From the NCBI GenBank assembly GCA_963722655.1, contig CAVRNT010000001.1, forward strand, positions 17,447 through 81,446: a DNA stretch of 64,000 nucleotides. The letters are read 5' to 3'. Position numbers and translations under genes: made by a program. Shown in pieces: positions 10,154-20,965 of the stretch (positions within the stretch are counted from its first letter, which is position 1; every line of letters starts with the position of its first letter). Origin of the DNA: an uncultured bacterium. GTDB lineage: Bacteria > Patescibacteriota > Minisyncoccia > UBA6257 > GWB1-50-10. The notes beneath the pieces are model-generated. The model made no database searches. It was not told the origin of the DNA and saw nothing but the letters and a program-made list of their open reading frames with translations.

Positions 10154-12737
10154 CTTTAAGGAGACCGCCCACGATCTTTTCCGCGAGGGCGTCCACGATC
10201 ACTTTCTGAATGAGGCGCTTGATCGGCCGCGCGCCGTAGTTCGGGTCAAATCCGTTCTCGACCAAATATTTCTTGACCTCCGGTTTGATGGCGAGGACGA
10301 TGCCCTTGGCCGCCAAGCGCTCTTTGACCTCCCGGAGCTGAATATCAACGATCTGTTCGATGTCCTTGGGTCCAAGCGCGTTGAAGATGACGGTCTCGTC
10401 CAAGCGGTTCAAAAATTCGGGCTTGAACGTCTCGCGGAGGGATTCCATCACCTTGGCGCGGAAATTTTCCTCCTGTTCCTTGAGTTCCTGGCCGTCCTCC
10501 CCGAACTTGAAGCCCAAGCCGGACATCTCGCGGAAGTACTCGCTCCCAACGTTCGAGGTCAGAATGATCACGGTGTTCTTGAAATTGACCGTTTTCCCCT
10601 TGGAATCGGTGAGGCGCCCGTTGTCCAATATCTGGAGCAACAGATTGAAGACCTCGGGGTGGGCCTTTTCGATCTCGTCGAAGAGGACCAAGCTGTAGGG
10701 ACGGTGACGCACGACGTCGGTCAGCTGGCCGCCCTCCTCGTAGCCGACGTAACCCGGCGGCGAGCCGATGAGGCGCGAAACGGCGTGGCGCTCCATATAT
10801 TCGGACATGTCGATCCTGACCAATGCCTTTTCATCGTTGAACATGAACTCGGCGAGGGTCCGGGCGAGCTCGGTCTTCCCGACGCCCGTAGGCCCGAGGA
10901 ACATGAACGAGCCCGATGGCCGGTCGACGTCCGCGAGTCCCGCCCGGCTCCGGCGGAGCGACCGCGCGACGGCCTGGATCGCCTCGTTTTGGCCGACCAC
11001 TCGTTCCTTCAGGACCTCCTCGATCCGGACAAGCTTCTTCATCTCGGACTCGAGCATCCGCGAGACGGGAATGCCCGTCCAACGCGAGACGACTGCGGCG
11101 ATGTCTTCCTCGTCCACCACCTCCTTGATAAAATGCTTTTCGCCGGTGCCCCGACCGCTCGCGGTCTTTTCAATCTCGGCGTATTTCTTTTCCGCCTTCG
11201 GCAGTTCGCCGTAGCGGATCGCCGCGACGCGGTCGAAGTCCCCGCCGCGTTCGGCGGTCTCCGCCTCGCGCTTCAGGTCCTCGATAATCTGGCGCAGGCC
11301 GTGCAAGCCGCTCATCCCGCTCTTTTCGGCCGACCACCGTTTCGTGAGCTTGTCGTTCTCGGTCTTCAGTTTCTTCAAATCCGCCTCGACCGCCTTCAAG
11401 CACTCCTGCTTCCCCTTGGCCCGGCTCTTTTCCTTGACCAAGGCGGAGCGTTCCACCTCGAGGCGGGTCACCTCGCGCCGGACGCGCTCGATCTCGGCGG
11501 GGATGCTGTCGGATTCCAGGCGCCTCGCGGCCGAGGCCTCGTCGATGAGGTCGACGGCCTTGTCCGGCAGGAAACGGTCGGTGATGTAGCGCGCGCCCAA
11601 ATTCACGGCGGCGATCAAGGCGTCGTCCGTAATCTTCAGCCCATGGTGCATTTCGTACTTTTCCTTGAGCCCGCGGAGAATGGCGACGGAGTCCTCGACG
11701 GACGGTTCATCGACGAAGATGGGTTGGAAGCGGCGTTCGAGGGCCGCGTCCTTCTCGATGTAGCGTTGGTACTCCTTGATGGTCGTCGCGCCGATTGCGT
11801 GGAGCTCGCCCCGCGCCAAGGGGGGTTTTAAGAGGTTTGAGGCGTCCATCGATCCTTCGGCCATGCCCGCTCCCACGATCATGTGGATCTCGTCGATGAA
11901 GAGGATAATCTTTCCTTCGGAACGCTGGACCTCCTTCAAAAACGCCTTGAAGCGGTCCTCGAACTCGCCACGGAACTTCGTTCCGGCGATGAGGGAACCC
12001 AGGTCCATCATCACGAGCTCCTTGTTCTTCAAAGATTCGGGGACGTCGCCGGAGATGATCCGTTGAGCGAGACCCTCGACGATCGCGGTCTTTCCGACAC
12101 CGGACTCGCCGATCAGGACGGGGTTGTTCTTCGTCCGGCGCGAGAGGATCTGCATCAAGCGGCGCAGCTCTTCTTCCCGACCGATGACGGGGTCCAACTT
12201 CCCTTCCCGGGCCTTTTCCGTAAGGTTCACCGCATATTTCTCCAAAACCTGGAATTTGCTTTCGGGCGTCTCGTCCGTCACCCGGGTCGCGCCCCGGAGT
12301 CCCGCGAGCGCCTTCATTAAGGCGTCCCGCCGGACGCCGAAACGGACGAGGGCCTCCTGGGCCGCCGAGGGGACCTCCAAGACCGCGAGGAGGAGGTGTT
12401 CGCAGGAGATGTACTCGTCCTTGGCTTTGAGGGCGATCTCGCCCGCTTTATCCAATATCCGCATCAGTTCTTGGGAGAGGTAAAGCTGGCCTACGGCGCC
12501 GCCACCCGTCACGATCTTCGGCAATTGCTCCAAGGAGCGCACGAGGTCCCGCTCTAGTTCCGAGACGCTCACGTTCGCCCGCACGAGGAGCGGCCGCACG
12601 AGCGTCTGGTCGTCGTCCAAAAGGGAGAGCAAAAGATGGAGCGCTTTGAGCTCGCCGCTCCCGTACTTCGCGACGAGGTCTTGGGCGCCCTGGAGGGCCT
12701 CCTGGGCCTTGATGGTGAATTTCTGGAAGTTCGGCAT
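10095..12737 (-). CDS. clpB: ATP-dependent chaperone ClpB
   Basis: Clp N-domain, two AAA modules (GESGVGKT and GPTGVGKT), coiled-coil middle domain, GSPPGYVG. Confidence 0.95.
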   Translation of the reverse strand: MPNFQKFTIKAQEALQGAQDLVAKYGSGELKALHLLLSLLDDDQTLVRPLLVRANVSVSELERDLVRSLEQLPKIVTGGGAVGQLYLSQELMRILDKAGEIALKAKDEYISCEHLLLAVLEVPSAAQEALVRFGVRRDALMKALAGLRGATRVTDETPESKFQVLEKYAVNLTEKAREGKLDPVIGREEELRRLMQILSRRTKNNPVLIGESGVGKTAIVEGLAQRIISGDVPESLKNKELVMMDLGSLIAGTKFRGEFEDRFKAFLKEVQRSEGKIILFIDEIHMIVGAGMAEGSMDASNLLKPPLARGELHAIGATTIKEYQRYIEKDAALERRFQPIFVDEPSVEDSVAILRGLKEKYEMHHGLKITDDALIAAVNLGARYITDRFLPDKAVDLIDEASAARRLESDSIPAEIERVRREVTRLEVERSALVKEKSRAKGKQECLKAVEADLKKLKTENDKLTKRWSAEKSGMSGLHGLRQIIEDLKREAETAERGGDFDRVAAIRYGELPKAEKKYAEIEKTASGRGTGEKHFIKEVVDEEDIAAVVSRWTGIPVSRMLESEMKKLVRIEEVLKERVVGQNEAIQAVARSLRRSRAGLADVDRPSGSFMFLGPTGVGKTELARTLAEFMFNDEKALVRIDMSEYMERHAVSRLIGSPPGYVGYEEGGQLTDVVRHRPYSLVLFDEIEKAHPEVFNLLLQILDNGRLTDSKGKTVNFKNTVIILTSNVGSEYFREMSGLGFKFGEDGQELKEQEENFRAKVMESLRETFKPEFLNRLDETVIFNALGPKDIEQIVDIQLREVKERLAAKGIVLAIKPEVKKYLVENGFDPNYGARPIKRLIQKVIVDALAEKIVGGLLKDGEKATIVLNRENRVEVAL

Positions 12738-12825
12738 CTCCTTAATTATACGAGATTATAGGTCGATTGGACACGATTAGCAAGCGCATACGTTGAGCGC
12801 TAATCATTCACTCACTACAAACTAC

Positions 12826-14133
<1,308 letters not shown>

Positions 14134-14167
14134 TTAATATACGAAGAAGGGTGGAGCGCTGGTGCAG

Positions 14168-14953
14168 TTATTTGATCTCGTACTGGAGGGTCACCGAAAC
14201 ATCCACTTCCTCCGAGCCGGGTTCAATCGTCGGCGCGGGCGCAACGGCATTGCCGCCGACCCCCGCAGACATCGCCTTGGCGTACTCGTAGACCGGCTGG
14301 GGCCCTTGGTTCGTGTAGATGGAGAGCAAACGGCCAACGGAGAAGCCTGCTTCCTTGGCGACTTCTTGGGCCTGGGCCTCGGCCTTGGTGATGGCCTGCG
14401 CCCGCGCCTCGGCTTGAACGGAGGTCGGATCGTCGATCGTGAACGATAGCGACGAGACCGTGTTCGCACTGTTTTTGACCACGCCAGAAAGTACCTCGCC
14501 GATCTTCGTGAAGTCGCGGACCTTCACGTCAACGTTCTGCGTCACTGTGTAGCCGACGATCGTGGCCGGCGGGCACGGTTGGACGCTGCTTTGGGGATAA
14601 GCGCAGTTGTAATACTGGTACCGGGGTGAGATGCTATAGCCGCTCGTCTGGATGTCTTTGCTTTCCACACCCTCTCCCTTCACGAAGGCGATCGCCTTGT
14701 TCATTGCGGTCGTGTTCTGGGTTTGGAGCGCACCGAGGTCCGTCCCGCCTTGGGTGAGGATACTGAAGGAGAACTCGGCCACGTCCGGCACGCCGATCGC
14801 CTTACCGTCGCCCGTGACCGTAAAACTCCGGTACGAAGATGGCTGCACTGAGCTGCCGTAAGTGCCGGCCGCGGAAAGCGCGGCGTAGCCGACCGCGAGG
14901 ACGGCTAAGATGACGGCGACATAAAGATACCCCCTTAATTTATCTGTTTGCAT
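14168..14953 (-). CDS. SIMPL/DUF541 domain protein
   Basis: TVTGDGKAIGVPDVAEFSF, DIQTSGYSISPRY, ARAQAITKA and IEPGSEEVDVSVTLQY. Confidence 0.88.
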   Translation of the reverse strand: MQTDKLRGYLYVAVILAVLAVGYAALSAAGTYGSSVQPSSYRSFTVTGDGKAIGVPDVAEFSFSILTQGGTDLGALQTQNTTAMNKAIAFVKGEGVESKDIQTSGYSISPRYQYYNCAYPQSSVQPCPPATIVGYTVTQNVDVKVRDFTKIGEVLSGVVKNSANTVSSLSFTIDDPTSVQAEARAQAITKAEAQAQEVAKEAGFSVGRLLSIYTNQGPQPVYEYAKAMSAGVGGNAVAPAPTIEPGSEEVDVSVTLQYEIK

Positions 14954-14960
14954 ATTTTCA

Positions 14961-16091
14961 TTATAACACCCCTCTCATTCTCTTAATGACCTCATTCAAT
15001 TCCCTTTCGGTCGTCGGCAAACCGAAGCTGAAACGGATGCTTCCCCGGATCCTCTCGCCGGAAAATCCCAAGGCTTGAAGGACGTGCGAGGGCGTGAAGG
15101 CCCGCGCGGCACAGGCCGAGCCAGAGGAAACGGCGATGCCCGCGAGGTCCATCTGCACTAAAAGATCGCCGGCGTACTCGCTTGGGAAATGGACATTCAA
15201 TATGTGCGGCGCCCCCGATGAGCCGTTGATCTCCACATCCGGCACGATCTTCTTCAGCTTTTGCCAGAAATATTCCTTGAGGGCCGCCACTCTCCTTGCC
15301 GCTTGTTTCTTGTTCCTTATCGCTGATTCCATCGCCTTCCCGAAACCGACGACACCTGGGACGTTCTCCGTTCCCGAACGCAGACCGAATTCCTGGCCAC
15401 CGCCGGTGATAACGGGTCGCAGTGGGTAGTGAGCAGTTTGTGATTTTTTGACGTACAACGCGCCGACGCCCTTGGGGCCGTAGACCTTCTGGCTTGAGAG
15501 CGTCATCAGGTCCACGCCCAGCTTCTCCACATCGCAGTCGAAGTAGACTGGGGCTTGGGAAGCATCGGTATGGAAGAGCGGATGGAATTTTGAATCCTCT
15601 ATCATTTTGGCGATGGCCGCGATTGGCTGGACGGAGCCGATTTCATTGTTCACGTACATCACGGAGACGAGAACCGTCCGTTCATCAAGTGCTGATTCAA
15701 GTTCTTTGACGTCGATGATACCCCTTTTATCGACGGGGATAACATTGATCTCGATGCCGTCCTTCTCCAGATCGCGCGCGGTCTCCAGAATGGACTCGTG
15801 CTCGATGGCCGAGACTATCACTTTAGGACGCTGGCGGCCTCGCACGGCTCCGCGCAAGGCCAGATTGTTCGCCTCGGTCGCCGAACCGGTGAAGGCAACT
15901 TCCTGGAAATCGGCCTTGATTGCTTGGGCCACTTTTTCGCGGGCGCCATCCACCGCCGCGAGCGCCTCCTGACCGAAGGAATGTAATGAGCCCGGGTTGC
16001 CGTACTCCTTCTCGAAATACGGTTTCATTGCAGCAAAAACCTCCGGCGCCACCGGCGTCGTGGCGGCGTAGTCCAAGTATACGCGCCGCAT
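14961..16091 (-). CDS. iscS: Cysteine desulfurase (IscS/NifS family)
   Basis: YLDYAATTP, SSQKVYGPKG (PLP Lys), RSGTEN and SSGSAC. Confidence 0.93.
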   Translation of the reverse strand: MRRVYLDYAATTPVAPEVFAAMKPYFEKEYGNPGSLHSFGQEALAAVDGAREKVAQAIKADFQEVAFTGSATEANNLALRGAVRGRQRPKVIVSAIEHESILETARDLEKDGIEINVIPVDKRGIIDVKELESALDERTVLVSVMYVNNEIGSVQPIAAIAKMIEDSKFHPLFHTDASQAPVYFDCDVEKLGVDLMTLSSQKVYGPKGVGALYVKKSQTAHYPLRPVITGGGQEFGLRSGTENVPGVVGFGKAMESAIRNKKQAARRVAALKEYFWQKLKKIVPDVEINGSSGAPHILNVHFPSEYAGDLLVQMDLAGIAVSSGSACAARAFTPSHVLQALGFSGERIRGSIRFSFGLPTTERELNEVIKRMRGVL

Positions 16092-16094
16092 GCC

Positions 16095-16571
16095 CTATTT
16101 TTTCTCTCCCTCCTTCTCGATGACCTTAGCGAAGTCGAAGTTCCGGAAGATGATGAGCAGGACGAGCATCAGGAGCGTCGCGACGATGGCGAAGGTGATG
16201 AGCCCCACCCCGCAGAGCACGCCCGCGGCCGCCACGAACCAGATGGTCGCCGCGGTCGTGACGCTCCGGACGTGCGTCCCCTGCTTGACGATGATGCCGG
16301 CACCCAAAAAGCCAATGCCCACGACGACATTCGCGATGACGGCCAAAAAGCCGCTGTTCCGGGCCAGAACGTCGGCGAGGTTGCCCGTCTCCGCGGAAAC
16401 GATGTACGGGAGCATCAACCCGACGATCGAGAAGATGGCCGCTCCGGCCGCGACGAGCATGTCCGTCCGGACGCCCGCTTCCTTGCCGATGGACTCACGC
16501 TCCAATCCGACGAGAAAGCCGAGGACGACGGCCGCGACGAGACGCAAGAGCATTTGATCGATGGTTAACAT
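16095..16571 (-). CDS. MgtC/SapB family membrane protein
   Basis: GLERE...AGVRT, VVVGIGFLGAG and TTAATIW. Confidence 0.92.
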   Translation of the reverse strand: MLTIDQMLLRLVAAVVLGFLVGLERESIGKEAGVRTDMLVAAGAAIFSIVGLMLPYIVSAETGNLADVLARNSGFLAVIANVVVGIGFLGAGIIVKQGTHVRSVTTAATIWFVAAAGVLCGVGLITFAIVATLLMLVLLIIFRNFDFAKVIEKEGEKK

Positions 16572-16589
16572 AAGCTAATTATACAATTT

Positions 16590-17135
16590 CTAATTGTAAT
16601 TAGGACTTTCTTCATTCCTCTCCGCTGACTTGTTCGCGAACCGCGCGAGGGCGAATATCAAGCTCGAGAGCCGGTTCAAGAACTTCAATATCTCCGGCGA
16701 GAGCGGTTTTTTTTCGTTGAACGCCACGGCCGAGCGCTCCGCTCGGCGGGCGACGGCCCGGGCGAGGTCTAGTTCCGCGGCGAGGCGCGTCCCGCCTGGC
16801 AAAACGAAGTTTTTGAGGGCCGGTAATTTTTCATCCAGCTTCTTTATCTCCGTTTCCAAAAACGCCGTGTACGCGGCGCTCATCTTGTTCACCGGCTTAA
16901 TCTCGTATTCGAATCCGGTCGCCGCTACCTCCGCTTGGGCGATGAAGACAACTTCCTGAACGCGCTTCAGGACCGCATCGAAATCGGATGGATTCGCCCG
17001 GCAAACGCCTACGAGAGAGTTGAGCTCGTCCAAATTCCCGAGAAGTTCGAAGAGCGCGTCGCTTTTCGGTAGTTCCTTTTTACCGAACAAGCTCTCGCCC
17101 TCATCGCCGCGGCCGGTGTAGAATATCGTGTTCAT
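16590..17135 (-). CDS. PduO-type cob(I)alamin adenosyltransferase family protein
   Basis: FYTGRGDEG, GNLDELNS, FVLPGG, RAVARRAER and FLNRLSS. Start moved to ATG 17135 because the upstream extension is tRNA-His. Confidence 0.9.
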   Translation of the reverse strand: MNTIFYTGRGDEGESLFGKKELPKSDALFELLGNLDELNSLVGVCRANPSDFDAVLKRVQEVVFIAQAEVAATGFEYEIKPVNKMSAAYTAFLETEIKKLDEKLPALKNFVLPGGTRLAAELDLARAVARRAERSAVAFNEKKPLSPEILKFLNRLSSLIFALARFANKSAERNEESPNYN

Positions 17136-17139
17136 CTTG

Positions 17140-17211
17140 GGTGCCCGGAGAGAGTTGAACTCTCGATATCGGTTCCACAAACCGAAGTTTTACCGCTAAA
17201 CTACGGGCACC
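17140..17211 (-). tRNA. tRNA-His(GTG) with encoded G-1
   Basis: GGTGCCCG TA GTTT AGCGGTA AAAC T TCGGT-TTGTGGA-ACCGA ... GAGAG TTCAACT CTCTC CGGGCAC C. Confidence 0.93.
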
Positions 17212-17279
17212 ATCAAACTACGCTCACACTTTAAAACAAAACGCCTGATTTGAAAAGCCAGACGCTATATAATGGACCA

Positions 17280-17996
17280 ATGCCTAAATACATCGCTCGC
17301 CTGAAAGACAAACGAACCGTCGCCGACGGAACGATGGCCTTCGTCATCTCTCGGCCAGAGGGTTTCATCTTCAAAGCCGGCCAGAACGCCGATTTTACCC
17401 TCCTAAATTTTGCGGAGCAAAAATTGGGAGGGCGAGACGCTATCAGGACGTTCTCATTCGCGAGCGCGCCTTCGGAGGTCGATCTTACAATCGCGACAAG
17501 GATGCGCGATACGGTCTTCAAGAATATTTTAAAGACCTTGCCTGACGGCGCCAACCTACAGATCGACGGCCCTTACGGCAACATGACTCTCCAAGTGAAT
17601 GCCGCGCGCCCGGCCGTCATGCTTGCGGGCGGCATCGGCATCACGCCCTTTCGGAGCATGGCCCGCGAAGCCGCGGCCCAAAAACTTCCCCATAAGCTGT
17701 TCCTCTTCTACTCCAACCGCGCGCCGAAGGACGCTCCTTTCCTCGCGGAACTCAAGGAACTGGAGGCGAAGCGCCCGAACTTCAGGCTCGTCGTCACGAT
17801 GACGGATGACACCTCGTGGCCGGGAGAAAAGGGTTATATTTCAAAGGAGATGATCGAGAAGCACATCGCTGACGTTCTTTCTCCTATTTATTATCTCGCT
17901 GGTTCGCCCATGATGACAGGCGCGATGCATAAGATGCTCAGTGGTTTCGGCATCTCGGACGATGATATCCGGATGGAGGAGTTCGCTGGCTACTGA
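17280..17996 (+). CDS. FAD/NAD(P)-binding oxidoreductase (ferredoxin-NADP reductase family)
   Basis: FKAGQ, RTFSFAS, GPYG, AGGIGITPF and EEF; TATAAT lies 6 nt before ATG 17280. Confidence 0.9.
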   Translation: MPKYIARLKDKRTVADGTMAFVISRPEGFIFKAGQNADFTLLNFAEQKLGGRDAIRTFSFASAPSEVDLTIATRMRDTVFKNILKTLPDGANLQIDGPYGNMTLQVNAARPAVMLAGGIGITPFRSMAREAAAQKLPHKLFLFYSNRAPKDAPFLAELKELEAKRPNFRLVVTMTDDTSWPGEKGYISKEMIEKHIADVLSPIYYLAGSPMMTGAMHKMLSGFGISDDDIRMEEFAGY

Positions 17997-18298
17997 CCCA
18001 CGACGCGGGGCGGATTTTCCCTAATCGCTTCACTAATGAGCTGTTCCATTATCTCGAGCGCCCGCTCGCGGTTCTCTTCCTGCGTGCGCTTTTCCTCGTT
18101 CGTCACCTCAAGCTCATCGCGTTTCGTAATGCGATGCACCAATTTTTTCCGTACGAGCTCTTTCTGATGGTCGTCCAACTTCAGGTCTTCAACCTGAATC
18201 CACATATGGACTTTGGTGTCGCGGCGGGAGACGTTATGACCGGCGCCCTCGGCCCGCACCGCCTCGAACCTAATCTTCTCTGGATTTACAAAATTCAT
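17990..18298 (-). CDS. ArfB/YaeJ-like release-factor-domain protein lacking GGQ
   Basis: IRFEAVRAEGAGHNVSRRDTKV...EEKRTQEENRERALE matches the RF-1 domain pattern (RSSGPGGQNVNK...RSQ.QN...AL). Confidence 0.7.
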   Translation of the reverse strand: MNFVNPEKIRFEAVRAEGAGHNVSRRDTKVHMWIQVEDLKLDDHQKELVRKKLVHRITKRDELEVTNEEKRTQEENRERALEIMEQLISEAIRENPPRVVGQ

Positions 18299-18328
18299 AA
18301 TTTGATACTATTGTAGAATAGCTCGGCT

Positions 18329-19033
18329 ATGAATACTATTCTCGGCTCCGTCGGCGACTGGCTCATCGCCTATCCCGCTTGGACCCATTGGATAATCGCC
18401 GCCGGCGCCTTCCTTCAGGGAGAGATTACCATCTTCGTCGGCGTCTATTTAGTCGTGAACCACAGTTTGAGCTGGGGTGATTTGATCTTCCCCTTTGCCG
18501 CGGGCGTCGTGGGGAGCGATTTCGTCCTTTACTTCGCCGGCCGGCTCCTGCGGGGCACCCGCTTCGGCTGGAAGTTCTACCGCCGCCGGCTCAAGGAGAA
18601 CCGCAAGGCCCAGGCCTATTTCTATTACGTCCGCGAGAACACCCGGAAGGTCCTCATCGCCTCCAAATTCCTCTTGGGCGCGAACCTTTTCACCGTCCTC
18701 TCGATCGGTTGGGCTAAGACGAAGTTCAAGAAGTTCTTCAGCGCCCAGCTCGGCGGTTTCTTCCTTTGGTTCGCTACGATGACGGCCATCGCCTATTTCC
18801 TGGACTCCGGCCTTTATTACCTCCAATCGGCGAAGATCTTCCAGCAGGCGGAGTATCTGATCCCGATCGCGATCGTCGTCATCTTCGCCGGCGAGTATCT
18901 CTTCCGCAAGGTCTTCCGCGGCGCCGCAGCCATTACGGAGCAGGCCAAAGAGATCGGCAATAATGTTTCCGGCGCGGAAAAAAAAGACGAAGAGGAGGGC
19001 TTGTTCGACGATAGCGAGGATTTCAAGCCTTAG
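18329..19033 (+). CDS. DedA/VTT-like membrane protein
   Basis: GEI..F.G, GSDFVLYFAGR and a hydrophobic helix pattern typical of DedA. Confidence 0.7.
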   Translation: MNTILGSVGDWLIAYPAWTHWIIAAGAFLQGEITIFVGVYLVVNHSLSWGDLIFPFAAGVVGSDFVLYFAGRLLRGTRFGWKFYRRRLKENRKAQAYFYYVRENTRKVLIASKFLLGANLFTVLSIGWAKTKFKKFFSAQLGGFFLWFATMTAIAYFLDSGLYYLQSAKIFQQAEYLIPIAIVVIFAGEYLFRKVFRGAAAITEQAKEIGNNVSGAEKKDEEEGLFDDSEDFKP

Positions 19034-19122
19034 ACGAGCTTCACTATCTCCTATGCTTCCTTCTTCGCCATCGGCGGCGTTCCGCCTTCGCACGGCGCGC
19101 AATGTTTTTGGTTTAGGTCTAT
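19030..19122 (-). pseudogene. Remnant of a pterin-4a-carbinolamine dehydratase-like N-terminus
   Basis: Translates as IDLNQKHCAPCEGGTPPMAKKEA*EIVKLV*; the CxPCEGG motif is typical of PCD. Starts at ATA and has an internal TAG. Confidence 0.55.
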
Positions 19123-19183
19123 AAGATGATCATACCGTAACTTGCCAATATCCCTTAATTTACTTAGATTTATTGAGTAACTT

Positions 19184-19258
19184 GCCGCGGTAGCTCAGTG
19201 GCAGAGCGCAGCCCTGAAGAGGCTGGCGTCGGGGGTTCGATTCCCTCCCGCGGCACCA
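19184..19258 (+). tRNA. tRNA-Phe(GAA), CCA encoded
   Basis: GCCGCGG TA GCTC...GAGC G CAGCC-CTGAAGA-GGCTG ... GGGGG TTCGATT CCCTC CCGCGGC ACCA. Confidence 0.95.
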
Positions 19259-19999
19259 ATGGACAACTCTAAAATCCTCGGGGTAAATGACCTTTCCGTA
19301 ATTTTAGACGGGAAGGAAATAATCGAGAACGTCTCCTTCGAGATCCAAAAACAGGAGGCTTTGGCCGTCATCGGTCCGAACGGCGCCGGGAAGTCCGTCC
19401 TTCTCAAGACTCTCGTCGGCATCAACAAGAAATACAGCGGCGAGATAAGCTTCGCTCCCGGAACGAGGATCGGCTATCTTCCCCAACGTTTTCACGTGGA
19501 CTTCTATCTCCCGATGACCGTGAAGGAGTTCCTGAACTTGAAGCCGGAACACAAATATTCGCTCGCCGACGTTCTCCGCCTCGTGGAGATACCGGAGACG
19601 TGGCTCGACCAAAACCTCGCGACCTTCTCGAGCGGCCAGCTCCAAAAAATACTTTTGGCTTGGGCGATCATCGACCAGCCGCAGATCCTCCTTTTCGACG
19701 AGCCGACGGAGAACGTGGATGTCGTCTCGCAGGAATCCATCTACGACCTTTTGCACGACCTGCAGGACGAGCTCAACATCTCGATAATCATCGTCTCCCA
19801 CGACCTGAACGTGGTCTACAAGTACGCCCAGACTGTTCTCTGTCTCAACGAGAAGATGCTTTGCTACGGAGCGCCGCTTCAGGCCCTCACGAACGAGACG
19901 CTCTCGAAGCTCTACGGCAACCACGCCTTCTTCCATCACCATCATTTCGGCGAGCATCATCATGATGAAGAGCACGAACATCATCACCACGAAGAATAA
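19259..19999 (+). CDS. znuC: Zn/Mn ABC transporter ATPase (ZnuC-like) with His-rich C-tail
   Basis: GPNGAGKS, GYLPQ, SSGQ, FDEP and VSHD; tail FHHHHFGEHHHDEEHEHHHHEE. Confidence 0.85.
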   Translation: MDNSKILGVNDLSVILDGKEIIENVSFEIQKQEALAVIGPNGAGKSVLLKTLVGINKKYSGEISFAPGTRIGYLPQRFHVDFYLPMTVKEFLNLKPEHKYSLADVLRLVEIPETWLDQNLATFSSGQLQKILLAWAIIDQPQILLFDEPTENVDVVSQESIYDLLHDLQDELNISIIIVSHDLNVVYKYAQTVLCLNEKMLCYGAPLQALTNETLSKLYGNHAFFHHHHFGEHHHDEEHEHHHHEE

Positions 20000-20761
20000 A
20001 TGGACATCTTCACCCTAACTTTGATCTCGGGGGGGTTCGTCGCTGCGGCCAGTGGCTTGGTCGGTTCTTTCCTGATCCTGCGGCGGATGGCTCTTATGTC
20101 TGACGCTCTTTCGCACGTCGCCCTCCCCGGCATCGCACTCGGCGTCATCCTCCATTTCGCTCCGATTTGGGGCGGACTGGTTTTCCTCTTCATCGGCGTG
20201 GCGCTCATTTGGCTCGTGGAGAACAAGACCAAACTCGCGACCGAATCTGTGACGGGTGTGCTCTTCGTGACGGCCCTCGCGGTCGGGGCGCTCCTCATCC
20301 CGGAGCAGGACCTCTTGGAGGCTTTCTTCGGGAGCGTCACCAAGCTCACTGCTTTGCAGATCGGTCTCCAGACCGTCGTCGCGCTCGGCATCATCGTCTT
20401 CATCCTCGCTTACCTGAAACGCCTGACGCTTTTCGCCATCGCGCCCGATCTGAGCGCTTCGCTCAAGGTGTCGTCGCTCAAGATGCAGTTCATCCTCCTT
20501 GCGCTTATTGCTCTCACAATTTCGATCGGCATCGGCTTCGTCGGCGTGCTCCTAATGAGCGCAATCGTCATCATCCCACCCGCCGCAGCACGGAATATTG
20601 CCAAAAGTTTCAACGGATTTTTGATAACAAGCATCGTGATCGCCGTTCTTTCGCTCACGGCCGGCCTCGTGGTCGGCGAAGCCTACGGATTGAACCCCGG
20701 CGTGATGACGGTTCTCGTGAGTGCCGGCCTTTTCGTAATCAGCTTATTCTGGAGAATATAA
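20000..20761 (+). CDS. znuB: Zn/Mn ABC transporter permease (ZnuB-like)
   Basis: LRRMALMSDALSHVALPG and GVLL...IIPPAAAR (ABC-3 family). Confidence 0.88.
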   Translation: MDIFTLTLISGGFVAAASGLVGSFLILRRMALMSDALSHVALPGIALGVILHFAPIWGGLVFLFIGVALIWLVENKTKLATESVTGVLFVTALAVGALLIPEQDLLEAFFGSVTKLTALQIGLQTVVALGIIVFILAYLKRLTLFAIAPDLSASLKVSSLKMQFILLALIALTISIGIGFVGVLLMSAIVIIPPAAARNIAKSFNGFLITSIVIAVLSLTAGLVVGEAYGLNPGVMTVLVSAGLFVISLFWRI

Positions 20762-20768
20762 ATTCTTG

Positions 20769-20839
20769 TCGGAGGGCCGAGATTTGAACTCGGACTACAT
20801 GCTCCCAAAGCATGCGTGCTACCATTACACCACTCTCCG
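20769..20839 (-). tRNA. tRNA-Pro(TGG)
   Basis: CGGAGAG...CATGC-TTTGGGA-GCATG...CCGAG TTCAAAT CTCGG CCCTCCG A. Confidence 0.93.
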
Positions 20840-20886
20840 TTACCTTGAGTTTATCCGCGTTTTGGATACTCTGTAAAGCAGACATC

Positions 20887-20958
20887 CCCCTCGTAGCTCA
20901 ATGGATAGAGCAGCGCTCTTCTAAGGCGTTGATGCGGGTTCGATTCCTGCCGAGGGGG
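20887..20958 (+). tRNA. tRNA-Arg(TCT)
   Basis: CCCCTCG TA GCTC AATGGATA GAGC A GCGCT-CTTCTAA-GGCGT...GCGGG TTCGATT CCTGC CGAGGGG G. Confidence 0.93.
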
Positions 20959-20965
20959 CAATTTT

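Noticed and set aside
10077-11831. 584-aa + strand ORF opposite clpB (likewise 22926-24050, 35166-36569, 42650-44137, 44934-46871, 55411-56502)
   Set aside because: These are antisense shadow ORFs expected from GC-rich codon bias in conserved genes; they show no recognisable motifs.
17136-17180. N-terminal extension of the PduO-like ORF
   Set aside because: It overlaps tRNA-His, and family similarity begins at MNTIFYTGRGD.
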